The notes under the pieces: generated by a model
Told to the model about the DNA's origin: nothing
Database searches by the model: none
What the model saw: the letters and a program-made list of their open reading frames with translations, nothing else
Part shown: positions 1-6,775 of the stretch, one piece after another
How the letters are laid out: each line of letters starts with the position of its first letter
Numbering within the stretch: the first letter of the stretch is position 1
From: a bacterium
Lineage (GTDB): Bacteria; Babelota; Babeliae; Babelales; JAUWHS01
NCBI GenBank assembly: GCA_043818275.1
Contig: JBDRFY010000010.1
Coordinates: 1 to 11,753, forward strand
DNA: 11,753 nt
Reading direction: 5' to 3'
Position numbers and translations under genes: made by a program

Positions 1-1
1 T

Positions 2-85
2 CCTTATTGGAAATTACCTTTATCTGAATTTTTACGTTTAAATAAAGTTGAAAAATCTCTAAATTTGAAAGGAGCAATTATGTAA
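2..85 (+). CDS. C-terminal fragment of an ORF, probably the IS transposase (5' part outside the window)
   Basis: Open frame PYWKLPLSEFLRLNKVEKSLNLKGAIM* ending at TAA 83-85, just inside the IS-like end. Too short to show DDE motifs; the call rests on position only. Confidence 0.45.
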   Translation, partial: PYWKLPLSEFLRLNKVEKSLNLKGAIM

Positions 86-90
86 CAAAC

Positions 91-134
91 CGGAAATTTT
101 AATGTTGCTGGAAAGCGGAAATTTTCACTTTGCT
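91..134 (+). repeat. Two 19-bp imperfect direct repeats (putative transposase-binding sites)
   Basis: 91-109 CGGAAATTTTAATGTTGCT versus 116-134 CGGAAATTTTCACTTTGCT, 3 mismatches. Confidence 0.8.
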
Positions 135-451
135 TTGACAATCAAATTTTTTTCCAGTTCATCGGCTGTTTTATGGCCAATTTTTGACATATCAATTCTG
201 ATTACAGGATGTTCATCCCACAAATAATCCGAATCATAAATCCATAAGTTCTTAAATAATTCTTTATTTCCCTTAAAAATTTCTTCCAATGTTGAACAAA
301 GTAATGATTTTCCGAATCGGCGGGGTCGTGAAATAAAATATGTTTTTCCGGTTGTGATTATGTCATAAATTTGTTTTGTCTTATCAATGTATAAATAATC
401 ATTACTTATTATTTCTTCAAATGTTTGTATGCCAATTGGTAATTTTTTCAT
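125..451 (-). pseudogene. 5' fragment of an AAA-ATPase-like (PF09820-type, usually fused to a PD-(D/E)XK nuclease) gene, interrupted by the IS
   Basis: Family N-terminus KKLPIGIQTFEEI...YLYIDKT and Walker A region YFISRPRRFGKSLL. Only ~108 aa, whereas the family is typically ~500 aa. The last codons (VKAK*) are read from the IS end at 125-139. ATG at 451-449 overlaps the fabG TGA (TGATG coupling). Confidence 0.8.
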
Positions 452-1194
452 CAAAACATTCCTCCATTTATATTTATTACCTGACCGGTAATATAATCAG
501 CTTTACCGCTTGATAAAAAATCAACCAGATTGGCAATATCATCAGGAGTTCCAAATCGTTTTAAACTAATTCTTCCTAAAGCAAATTCTTTTATTTTTTC
601 AGATAAATTTTTTGTCATGCCCGCATCAATAAAACCTGGGGCAATCGCATTTATCAAGATATTTCTCGCGCCATATTCCTGAGCCAATGTTTTAGTCAAC
701 GCAATAATTCCGGATTTGCTTGCCGCATAATTTATCTGACCTGGGTTACCTGAATCTGCAACAACTGAACTAAAATTTATAATGTAACCTTTTTTGTTTT
801 TCATCATATGTTTTATTGCCTGCTGACAACAAAAAAAGGTTCCTTTTAAATTTACATCAAGAACAGAATCCCATTCACTTTCTGTCATGCGAATCGCTAA
901 ATTATCTTTAGCAACTCCCGCGGCATTTACAAGTAAATTTAAAGATTCATTTTTTGAATTTATTATTTCAAAAATATTTGCAAAAACATTTTTAATTGAC
1001 TCAACAGACGCAAGATCAACCTGAAAATAATAAACATTTTTTGATTTGAAATATTTGACTGTTTCTGAATCAGAATTTAAGCAATCCAAAATAAAAACAT
1101 TATCTCCACGGGAAATAAGTTTTTCAACGATTGATTTGCCAATTCCCCCACATCCACCAGTTACAACAGAATTAAAATTATTCCTCGTTTCCAT
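451..1194 (-). CDS. fabG: 3-oxoacyl-ACP reductase (SDR family)
   Basis: TGGCGGIG Rossmann motif, NAAG, SS...GNPGQINYAASK catalytic YxxxK, NAIAPGFI, and C-terminal YITGQVININGGM. Directly downstream of fabD. Confidence 0.92.
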   Translation of the reverse strand: METRNNFNSVVTGGCGGIGKSIVEKLISRGDNVFILDCLNSDSETVKYFKSKNVYYFQVDLASVESIKNVFANIFEIINSKNESLNLLVNAAGVAKDNLAIRMTESEWDSVLDVNLKGTFFCCQQAIKHMMKNKKGYIINFSSVVADSGNPGQINYAASKSGIIALTKTLAQEYGARNILINAIAPGFIDAGMTKNLSEKIKEFALGRISLKRFGTPDDIANLVDFLSSGKADYITGQVININGGMF

Positions 1195-2221
1195 TTTTAT
1201 CTTTATCCAAATTATCCGGAATTATATCCAAGTCCTCTTCGATTTCAATTTCAACTTCCTCTTCGTTTTCATCTTTTTTAATTTCTATATCCAGTCGTTT
1301 TAAAAGATCATACATATCGTTAATTTCATTAATCGCGTAAACCTCTTTTTCCGGCCATTCTCTGCTTAAGATTTTTGCCAGTTTATTTCCAGGTCCAACC
1401 TCCAAAATCAAATCCATTTCTTTAAAATATTGCATCGATGGCCACCATAAAACTGGATGACTCATTTGGCGGACTAAAGAATCTTTTACCTGTTCTTTTG
1501 TTCGTATAACTTTAGCTGCAACATTATCAATTAAAGGAATTTTTAAATCTTTTAAATCAACTTTTACCAGATAAGTGGCAAAACTTTTTTCCGAATCCTT
1601 CATCAATCTGGAATGAAAAGCTCCCGCAACATTTAAATCAATCGCTTTGCCCTTTAAAAACTTTACTTCTTCTTTAACCTGATCAAGTTCAGGTAATGTT
1701 CCGGAAAGAACAAACTGATTTGGCGCATTAAAATTTACAATTTCAACAACAAAATCATTGTTTTCAGGTTTATTATATTTTTCACAAATCTCTTTAACTT
1801 TTTCAAGCGGCAAACCAATTACAGCCAGCATTCCGCCGATGCTGCCTTTTGTTGCTTCAGACATAAAATTCGCGCGCTTTTTTAATAAATACAAAGTATC
1901 AACAAAATTCATTCCCTGAGCAGCAAAAACAGCTGAATATTCCCCTGAGCTGTGACCAGCCACAACGTCAGGAACAATATTATATTTTTGGTTTAGAACA
2001 GAATAAATAGCAGCGGAAATCAAAAAAATAGAAGTTTGAGCATTTATAGTTTCTGTTAAATCTCTTTCAGATGAAGCAAAACATAATTTGACAAAATTTT
2101 GATCCAGACAACCTGAAGCCTGCTCAAAAAGTTCCTGTACAATTCGCTCTTTGTCGTAAAAACTTTTTCCCATGCCAACGTATTGCGAACCCTGACCCGG
2201 AAAAATAATCCCAATTTTCAT
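1178..2221 (-). CDS. fabD: Malonyl-CoA:ACP transacylase with acidic C-terminal extension
   Basis: FPGQGSQYVGMG N-terminus, GHSSGEY nucleophile motif, conserved Arg (KRANFM), NFNAPNQFVLSG, AFHS, and EVGPG. Purine-rich RBS (AAGGGG) upstream. Confidence 0.93.
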   Translation of the reverse strand: MKIGIIFPGQGSQYVGMGKSFYDKERIVQELFEQASGCLDQNFVKLCFASSERDLTETINAQTSIFLISAAIYSVLNQKYNIVPDVVAGHSSGEYSAVFAAQGMNFVDTLYLLKKRANFMSEATKGSIGGMLAVIGLPLEKVKEICEKYNKPENNDFVVEIVNFNAPNQFVLSGTLPELDQVKEEVKFLKGKAIDLNVAGAFHSRLMKDSEKSFATYLVKVDLKDLKIPLIDNVAAKVIRTKEQVKDSLVRQMSHPVLWWPSMQYFKEMDLILEVGPGNKLAKILSREWPEKEVYAINEINDMYDLLKRLDIEIKKDENEEEVEIEIEEDLDIIPDNLDKDKNGNEE

Positions 2222-2240
2222 AAAACCCCTTTCCCGCGAG

Positions 2241-2259
2241 TTACAACCCGAGGTTATAA
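2241..2259 (-). other. Small intergenic hairpin between gltX and fabD
   Basis: Minus-strand TTATAACC-TCG-GGTTGTAA forms an 8-bp stem with one G-U pair. No U-tract follows. Confidence 0.3.
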
Positions 2260-2260
2260 A

Positions 2261-3733
2261 TTATTTTCCTAATTTGCTGATTAAAAAATTTATACGTTTT
2301 ATTGTTTCATCACAACCCAAAATTTCAATAAGTTCAAAAACCCCCGGACTGCAAATAGTTCCAGTTAAAGCCAATCTTACTGGTTGAGCCAAATTAACCA
2401 ATTTAACATCAAACTCTTTGCAAACCTCTTTTGCCAACAAAAGCAATTCTTCATGATTTAATTTATTGTTATTATGGGTTAATTTTTCAATAAATGAATT
2501 CAATAAATCAACAGTTTTATCTGAAATCCATTTTGAAATTAAATCCAAATTGAGTTCTTTTGGTGGAAACGCAAAATTAATTATATTTTCAACAAGCTCC
2601 AAAACGGTCTGAGCTCTTTGCGCATAACCTAAAAATAATTTTTTTAGCTGTTCCTCATTCCAGAGTTGTATTATTTTTTCCCTGTAATCGCCACCAATAT
2701 CATCAATAGCTTTTAACAATGAGTCATAATCAAGATTACGCAAATACAAAGCATTGAGCCATTTTAATTTCTCAATATCAAAAATCGCGCCCTTTTTGCC
2801 AACATCTTCAATCGTAAATAATTTAATTAATTCATCACGGGAAAAAATTTCCTGATCTCCGTAAGACCAGCCCAAACGAACAAGATAATTAAAAAGAGCC
2901 GGCACCAAAAAACCCTGCGCTCTATATTCTTCTACCGAAACAGCAGCGTCACGTTTACTTAATTTATTCCCGGCAGAACCTAAGATTAATGGTAAATGCG
3001 CAAAAAACGGTTTCTCTTGTTGCAATGCATTATAAATTATTATCTGTTTTGGCGTATTTGAAATATGATCTTCACCACGAATTACATGTGTAATTTTCAT
3101 GAAAATATCATCTAAAACAACAGAAAAATTATATATTGGCGTTCCATCACGACGAACAATTACAAAATCATCCAATTGATCAGCTTCAATGGTTATATTT
3201 CCACGAATAAGATCGTCAAATGAAATTGTTTTTAAATCTTTTGGAATTTTTATTCTTATTGCATGAGGTTTTTGCAAATCCTGCTCACTCCATTTTTTAT
3301 CCCGACAAGTTCCTGGATATTTATGACCAACGCCACTAGATTCTTCGATGTCTTTCGCAACGCCATCAAAATCTAAACAATCCCGATCATCCCGAGTAAG
3401 CTCAGCGCATCGAGGGATTGGCTCACAAAAACATGGATACGCCAAACCTTTTTCCATTAATTCAAGAGCTATTTTTTTATGATCATCTAATCTGTCAATC
3501 TGATGAATCAATGGCTCATCAGGCATCAAATCAAACCATTGCAAAGATTTTAATTGTGAAGCCTCAAATTCTTTTGTTGAACGAAGCCTATCAGTGTCTT
3601 CAATTCTTAAAAGATATTTTCCACCAGTATGTCTTGCGTAAAGGAGGTTAAAAATTGCGGTACGTAAAGAACCAATATGAAGGTGTCCTGTTGGTGAGGG
3701 CGCAAAACGAACTCTTACTTCTTTTTTATCCAC
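2261..3733 (-). CDS. gltX: Glutamate--tRNA ligase
   Basis: VRVRFAPSPTGHLHIGS (HIGH motif), LRIEDTD, CFC...YPGTCR zinc region, ITHVIRGEDHISNTPKQ, KLSKR (KMSKS motif), and anticodon domain PVRLALTG. GTG start. Confidence 0.96.
   Translation of the reverse strand: MDKKEVRVRFAPSPTGHLHIGSLRTAIFNLLYARHTGGKYLLRIEDTDRLRSTKEFEASQLKSLQWFDLMPDEPLIHQIDRLDDHKKIALELMEKGLAYPCFCEPIPRCAELTRDDRDCLDFDGVAKDIEESSGVGHKYPGTCRDKKWSEQDLQKPHAIRIKIPKDLKTISFDDLIRGNITIEADQLDDFVIVRRDGTPIYNFSVVLDDIFMKITHVIRGEDHISNTPKQIIIYNALQQEKPFFAHLPLILGSAGNKLSKRDAAVSVEEYRAQGFLVPALFNYLVRLGWSYGDQEIFSRDELIKLFTIEDVGKKGAIFDIEKLKWLNALYLRNLDYDSLLKAIDDIGGDYREKIIQLWNEEQLKKLFLGYAQRAQTVLELVENIINFAFPPKELNLDLISKWISDKTVDLLNSFIEKLTHNNNKLNHEELLLLAKEVCKEFDVKLVNLAQPVRLALTGTICSPGVFELIEILGCDETIKRINFLISKLGK
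3378..3420. repeat. GC-rich palindromic element in-frame within gltX
   Basis: CAATCCC (3378-3384) and GGGATTG (3414-3420) are a perfect inverted pair. Internal direct repeat ATCCCGA (3380-3386, 3389-3395) and mini-hairpin GAG-TAAG-CTC. 3381-3420 is 23/40 GC. It coincides with an ~15-aa excess in the GluRS zinc loop. Confidence 0.6.
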
Positions 3734-3747
3734 GACATTAATCCTAT

Positions 3748-3777
3748 AAAAAATTAACCACCGGCTTAACCGGTGGT
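3748..3777 (-). terminator. Putative intrinsic terminator or stem-loop between the TPR gene and gltX
   Basis: Perfect 8-bp inverted repeat ACCACCGG (3757-3764) / CCGGTGGT (3770-3777) with a 5-nt loop, followed on the minus strand by TAATTTTTT. Confidence 0.55.
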
Positions 3778-3785
3778 ATGATTTA

Positions 3786-4517
3786 TCATGACTTAAAACT
3801 TATCAATTTTAATCTTGGTTTTGCATTGGCTGCAAAAAGAGATGGCTTGAGGCTAGATTTACCGTATTTTAAAATTAATTGATTCCAATAATTTTTGGCT
3901 TCATCAAAATTTTTATTTTGCCAGTAATAATCACCTAAATGATACAAGGCTCTATCATTTGCCGCACATTTATCATTAACCGCCAGCTCTTTTAAAATCG
4001 CAATACCACCCTGCTTTAAACTTTCATCTCCCGAATCAATTTGCATCAATGCAAGTTTAACCTGGTAATACGATTTCAAATCTTTATCAGAAATAAAACC
4101 CACTGATTTTTTTAAAATATCAGTTGCTTCTTTCAGTTTATCTTGATTTAGTAACGCTTCAGATTGATAAGCTAAAAAAATCGGCGCCAACCCCGCGGAT
4201 TTATTATTTTCATAAGCACGCTTAAACAATTCTTCAACTTTGCTCCATTTGGCATCCGCTGAAGTAAATTCTTTTGTATCAAAACTTACGGACTTGGATT
4301 CTTTACTCACAACTGGAGCATTAAAATATTCCATTGCATAAACAAAATCTTTATGCGCATTAGCTTGTACTTGACCTTGCCTTATCAAATACCAGGAAAT
4401 AAAAACAATAAATACTACTAACCCCCCCAGAACCGCTAACGCTAATTTTTTATTTTGAATTATATATTTATAAGATTTTCCCAGCCACTGCTCAAAGGGA
4501 TCTTTTGTTATATCCAT
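3786..4517 (-). CDS. Membrane-anchored tetratricopeptide-repeat protein (YfgM-like)
   Basis: Single N-terminal hydrophobic helix LALAVLGGLVVFIVFISWYLI after a basic patch. TPR-like helices such as ALYHLGDYYWQNKNFDEAKNYWNQLILKY. RBS AGGAGAG at 4527-4521. Confidence 0.72.
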   Translation of the reverse strand: MDITKDPFEQWLGKSYKYIIQNKKLALAVLGGLVVFIVFISWYLIRQGQVQANAHKDFVYAMEYFNAPVVSKESKSVSFDTKEFTSADAKWSKVEELFKRAYENNKSAGLAPIFLAYQSEALLNQDKLKEATDILKKSVGFISDKDLKSYYQVKLALMQIDSGDESLKQGGIAILKELAVNDKCAANDRALYHLGDYYWQNKNFDEAKNYWNQLILKYGKSSLKPSLFAANAKPRLKLISFKS

Positions 4518-4527
4518 GAACTCTCCT

Positions 4528-4572
4528 AAAAAAATAAACGCTGCGGCAACATAAAATTACAATCACAGCGTT
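4528..4572 (-). terminator. Putative terminator/attenuator hairpin after rpmF
   Basis: Minus-strand AACGCTGTG...CGCAGCGTT forms a 9-bp stem (one G-U pair, 18-nt loop), followed by TATTTTTTT and then immediately the RBS of the next gene. Confidence 0.45.
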
Positions 4573-4581
4573 ATAAATTTA

Positions 4582-4863
4582 TTATTTTTCAGATTTTTTT
4601 TCTTCGTCAACAGAAGTTTTCGTTTGCATTGCTTCAAGACGAGCCCGTTCAGCTTGTCTTGATTGCGTACGTTCATGCAACCGGTCACTTTTTGTTCTTA
4701 AAACTTTTTCACCCTTGTAATAACCACAGCCCTTACAAACGGAATGTGATACAACTGGAGCAGAGCACGTTTGACAAACGGCAACAGATTTCACTTTCAT
4801 TCCCTTAGTGGAACTTCTCATATTTCTTTTGGATTTGGAAGTTTTACGTTTAGGTACTGGCAT
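4582..4863 (-). CDS. rpmF: 50S ribosomal protein bL32 (zinc-ribbon type) with C-terminal extension, 93 aa
   Basis: MPVPKRKTSKSKRNMR...CQTC...HSVCKGCGYYKG. Start moved from 4884 to ATG 4863 on the basis of the family N-terminus and the AGGAG RBS at 4876-4872. Confidence 0.94.
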   Translation of the reverse strand: MPVPKRKTSKSKRNMRSSTKGMKVKSVAVCQTCSAPVVSHSVCKGCGYYKGEKVLRTKSDRLHERTQSRQAERARLEAMQTKTSVDEEKKSEK

Positions 4864-4945
4864 AACAATTACTCCTAAAAACAACTATTTAAAAATTCAA
4901 AAATAAATTTACATTCTGAAACAGCATAAAGATTTAGAGGATATA

Positions 4946-4974
4946 ATACTAAATTCTTAGCCCTTTTTTGTCAA
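4946..4974 (-). promoter_or_regulatory. Sigma70-type promoter for the rpmF operon
   Basis: Minus-strand TTGACA (4974-4969), 17-bp spacer, TAGTAT (4951-4946), ~80 bp upstream of rpmF. Confidence 0.62.
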
Positions 4975-5139
4975 AATTGAATTTATTTTTCATGCAAAAA
5001 ACAACTCCTGCTTGTCAAAATATGCAATTCTGGCACACTAACACATGTTTCAAAACACAATAAGATCATTATATAAAGCTTTAAAAAAAAGTAAAAAACA
5101 AAGACTAATCTTAATTAAATAAATTTGGGAGTATTCCAG

Positions 5140-6042
5140 ATGGCCAAAATCACAATGGATCAAATTAAAGAACTCAGAGAAAAAACTCAGGTTGGAATGA
5201 TGGACTGCAAAAACGCGCTCGAACAAGCGCAAGGAGATATGGAAAAAGCAATTGAATTATTGAGAAAAAAAGGGGCGGCTGTTGCAGCAAAACGGGCAGA
5301 TAAAGAAGCAAAACACGGCCGAGTTGAAAGTTATATTTCCAATAACCATAAAATTGGAACGCTTGCAAAATTAAACACAGAAACAGATTTTTCCGCAAAT
5401 ACCCAGGATATAAAAGAATTTACCCAACTTTTGGCAAAACAAATCGCAGACAAAAAGCCCTTTTATATTGAAGGCGAAGATGAAAACGCTTTGCTTAATC
5501 AAAAACTTGAATCTAAAAAAATAACGGTCAAAGAAGCTTTAAATGAATTAATCGCAAAAATTAATGAAAATATAAAGATTGGCGATTTTATTCGTTTTGA
5601 AATTAAAGAAAATGGATTTGTTCAAAGTTATATTCATCCAGGATCAACCATTGGGACTATTGTTGAACTGGAAACAGATAAACCTGTTGAAATTGATAAG
5701 GTTACAGGACAAAAAATATCGCAACTCGCGCATGATCTTTGTATGCAAATTGCTGTTACAAATCCTTTAAGTATTGATTCAACTCAACTTGGACACAAAG
5801 AACTTGAAAAAGAACGCGAAATTATAAGAGAGCAACTTCTTGCGAGCGGAAAATCTGAAAATATGATTGATAAAATCATGGAAGGCAAAATTAGAAAATA
5901 CTATGAAGAAGTTTGTCTTGTAGATCAACCGTTTATAAAAAACGACAAAATTAAGGTAAAAAAATACATTGAAGAAATTGAAAAAGAAACTGGTACGAAA
6001 ATAAATATTAAAGGATTTAAACGCTTTCAAATCGGCGGATAA
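5140..6042 (+). CDS. tsf: Translation elongation factor Ts, 300 aa
   Basis: IKELREKTQVGMMDCKNAL...AIELLRKKG...AAKRADK, NTETDF, YIH, DLCMQIA, and KIMEGKIRKYYEEVCLVDQPFIK. Start moved to ATG 5140 (GGGAG RBS at 5127-5131). Confidence 0.96.
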   Translation: MAKITMDQIKELREKTQVGMMDCKNALEQAQGDMEKAIELLRKKGAAVAAKRADKEAKHGRVESYISNNHKIGTLAKLNTETDFSANTQDIKEFTQLLAKQIADKKPFYIEGEDENALLNQKLESKKITVKEALNELIAKINENIKIGDFIRFEIKENGFVQSYIHPGSTIGTIVELETDKPVEIDKVTGQKISQLAHDLCMQIAVTNPLSIDSTQLGHKELEKEREIIREQLLASGKSENMIDKIMEGKIRKYYEEVCLVDQPFIKNDKIKVKKYIEEIEKETGTKINIKGFKRFQIGG

Positions 6043-6047
6043 TTCTT

Positions 6048-6770
6048 ATGAAAACAATTTTATTAAAAATTAGTGGCGAAATTTTTAATACACAAAAAGC
6101 ATCATCTACAGATGGTGCTTTTTCTTTAAATAAAGATTTAATTAAAAATATAGCCAAACAAATAAAAGAGTTACAAAAAAAATACAATATTGGAATTGTA
6201 ATCGGAGGCGGCAACATTTTCAGAGGGGGAATTAATGGTAAACAGCTTGAAATAACACAAACAACTTCACATCAGATTGGAATGCTGGCAACAATAATCA
6301 ATGCGACATTATTTAAAAGTTTTTTAGAAAATGAAAAAATTAAATGTTCGCATCTCTGCTCTTTTTATTGTCCACAAATAACAAAAATAATAAATCAGAA
6401 TAATATTGATGAGGCTTTAACAAAAAAAGAATGTATCATTTTTTCAGGAGGAACAGGAAATCCATTTTTCACAACAGATACAACTGCCACGTTAAGAGCT
6501 TTGCAAATTAACGCTGATATAGTGTTGAAAGCAACAAAGGTTGATGGAATTTTTGACTCCGATCCGGAAAAAAACAAAAATGCAAAATTAATTAAAAAAA
6601 TCAGTTTTGATGATTTTATAAAAAATAATTTGAAAGTTATAGATTTGACTGCTATAACACTTGCAAAAGAAAACAACCTTAAAATAAAAATTTTTAATTT
6701 ATTTGAAAATAATTCGATAATAAAAGCAGTTAAAGAAAAGAACTTTGGTAGTTTAATAGAAAAGGAATAA
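6048..6770 (+). CDS. pyrH: Uridylate kinase
   Basis: ILLKISGE, IVIGGGNIFRG, GMLATIINA, GGTGNPFFTTDT, and KATKVDGIFDSDP. Located between tsf and frr. Confidence 0.95.
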   Translation: MKTILLKISGEIFNTQKASSTDGAFSLNKDLIKNIAKQIKELQKKYNIGIVIGGGNIFRGGINGKQLEITQTTSHQIGMLATIINATLFKSFLENEKIKCSHLCSFYCPQITKIINQNNIDEALTKKECIIFSGGTGNPFFTTDTTATLRALQINADIVLKATKVDGIFDSDPEKNKNAKLIKKISFDDFIKNNLKVIDLTAITLAKENNLKIKIFNLFENNSIIKAVKEKNFGSLIEKE

Positions 6771-6775
6771 ATATC

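Larger units (their letters stand above)
1..140 (+). mobile_element. End of an insertion sequence (IS1202/ISNCY- or IS481-like), truncated by the window edge
   Basis: Ends in ...CTTTGCTTTGACA at 140 (TGTCAAAGCAAAG on the minus strand). Two sub-terminal imperfect direct repeats, CGGAAATTTTAATGTTGCT (91-109) and CGGAAATTTTCACTTTGCT (116-134), match at 16/19 with a 25-bp period. A plus-strand ORF stops 5 bp before the first repeat. The boundary coincides with the truncation point of the AAA-ATPase gene. Confidence 0.75.

Noticed and set aside
141..155. Poly-T run suggesting a simple frameshift as the cause of the AAA-ATPase truncation
   Set aside because: No family-like continuation (Walker B IDEYD) is visible on the minus strand below 140, and that sequence is better explained as an IS end.
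1046..1303. 85-aa plus-strand ORF
   Set aside because: Antisense shadow of fabG/fabD with no recognisable motif.
3418..3651. 77-aa plus-strand ORF
   Set aside because: Antisense to the conserved gltX catalytic domain.
4864..4884. Longer rpmF start (MFLGVIV) from the ORF track
   Set aside because: The extension spans the AGGAG RBS, and the family N-terminus begins at MPVPK (4863).
5031..5047. TGGCAC resembling a sigma54 -24 box
   Set aside because: No TTGC-like -12 element at the required spacing.
5050..6676. Short ORFs at 5050-5232, 5174-5398, 5579-5770, 5779-6030, 6017-6217 and 6395-6676
   Set aside because: All overlap tsf or pyrH antisense or out of frame. Their Phe/Leu/Ile-rich composition is typical of shadow frames in AT-rich genes.
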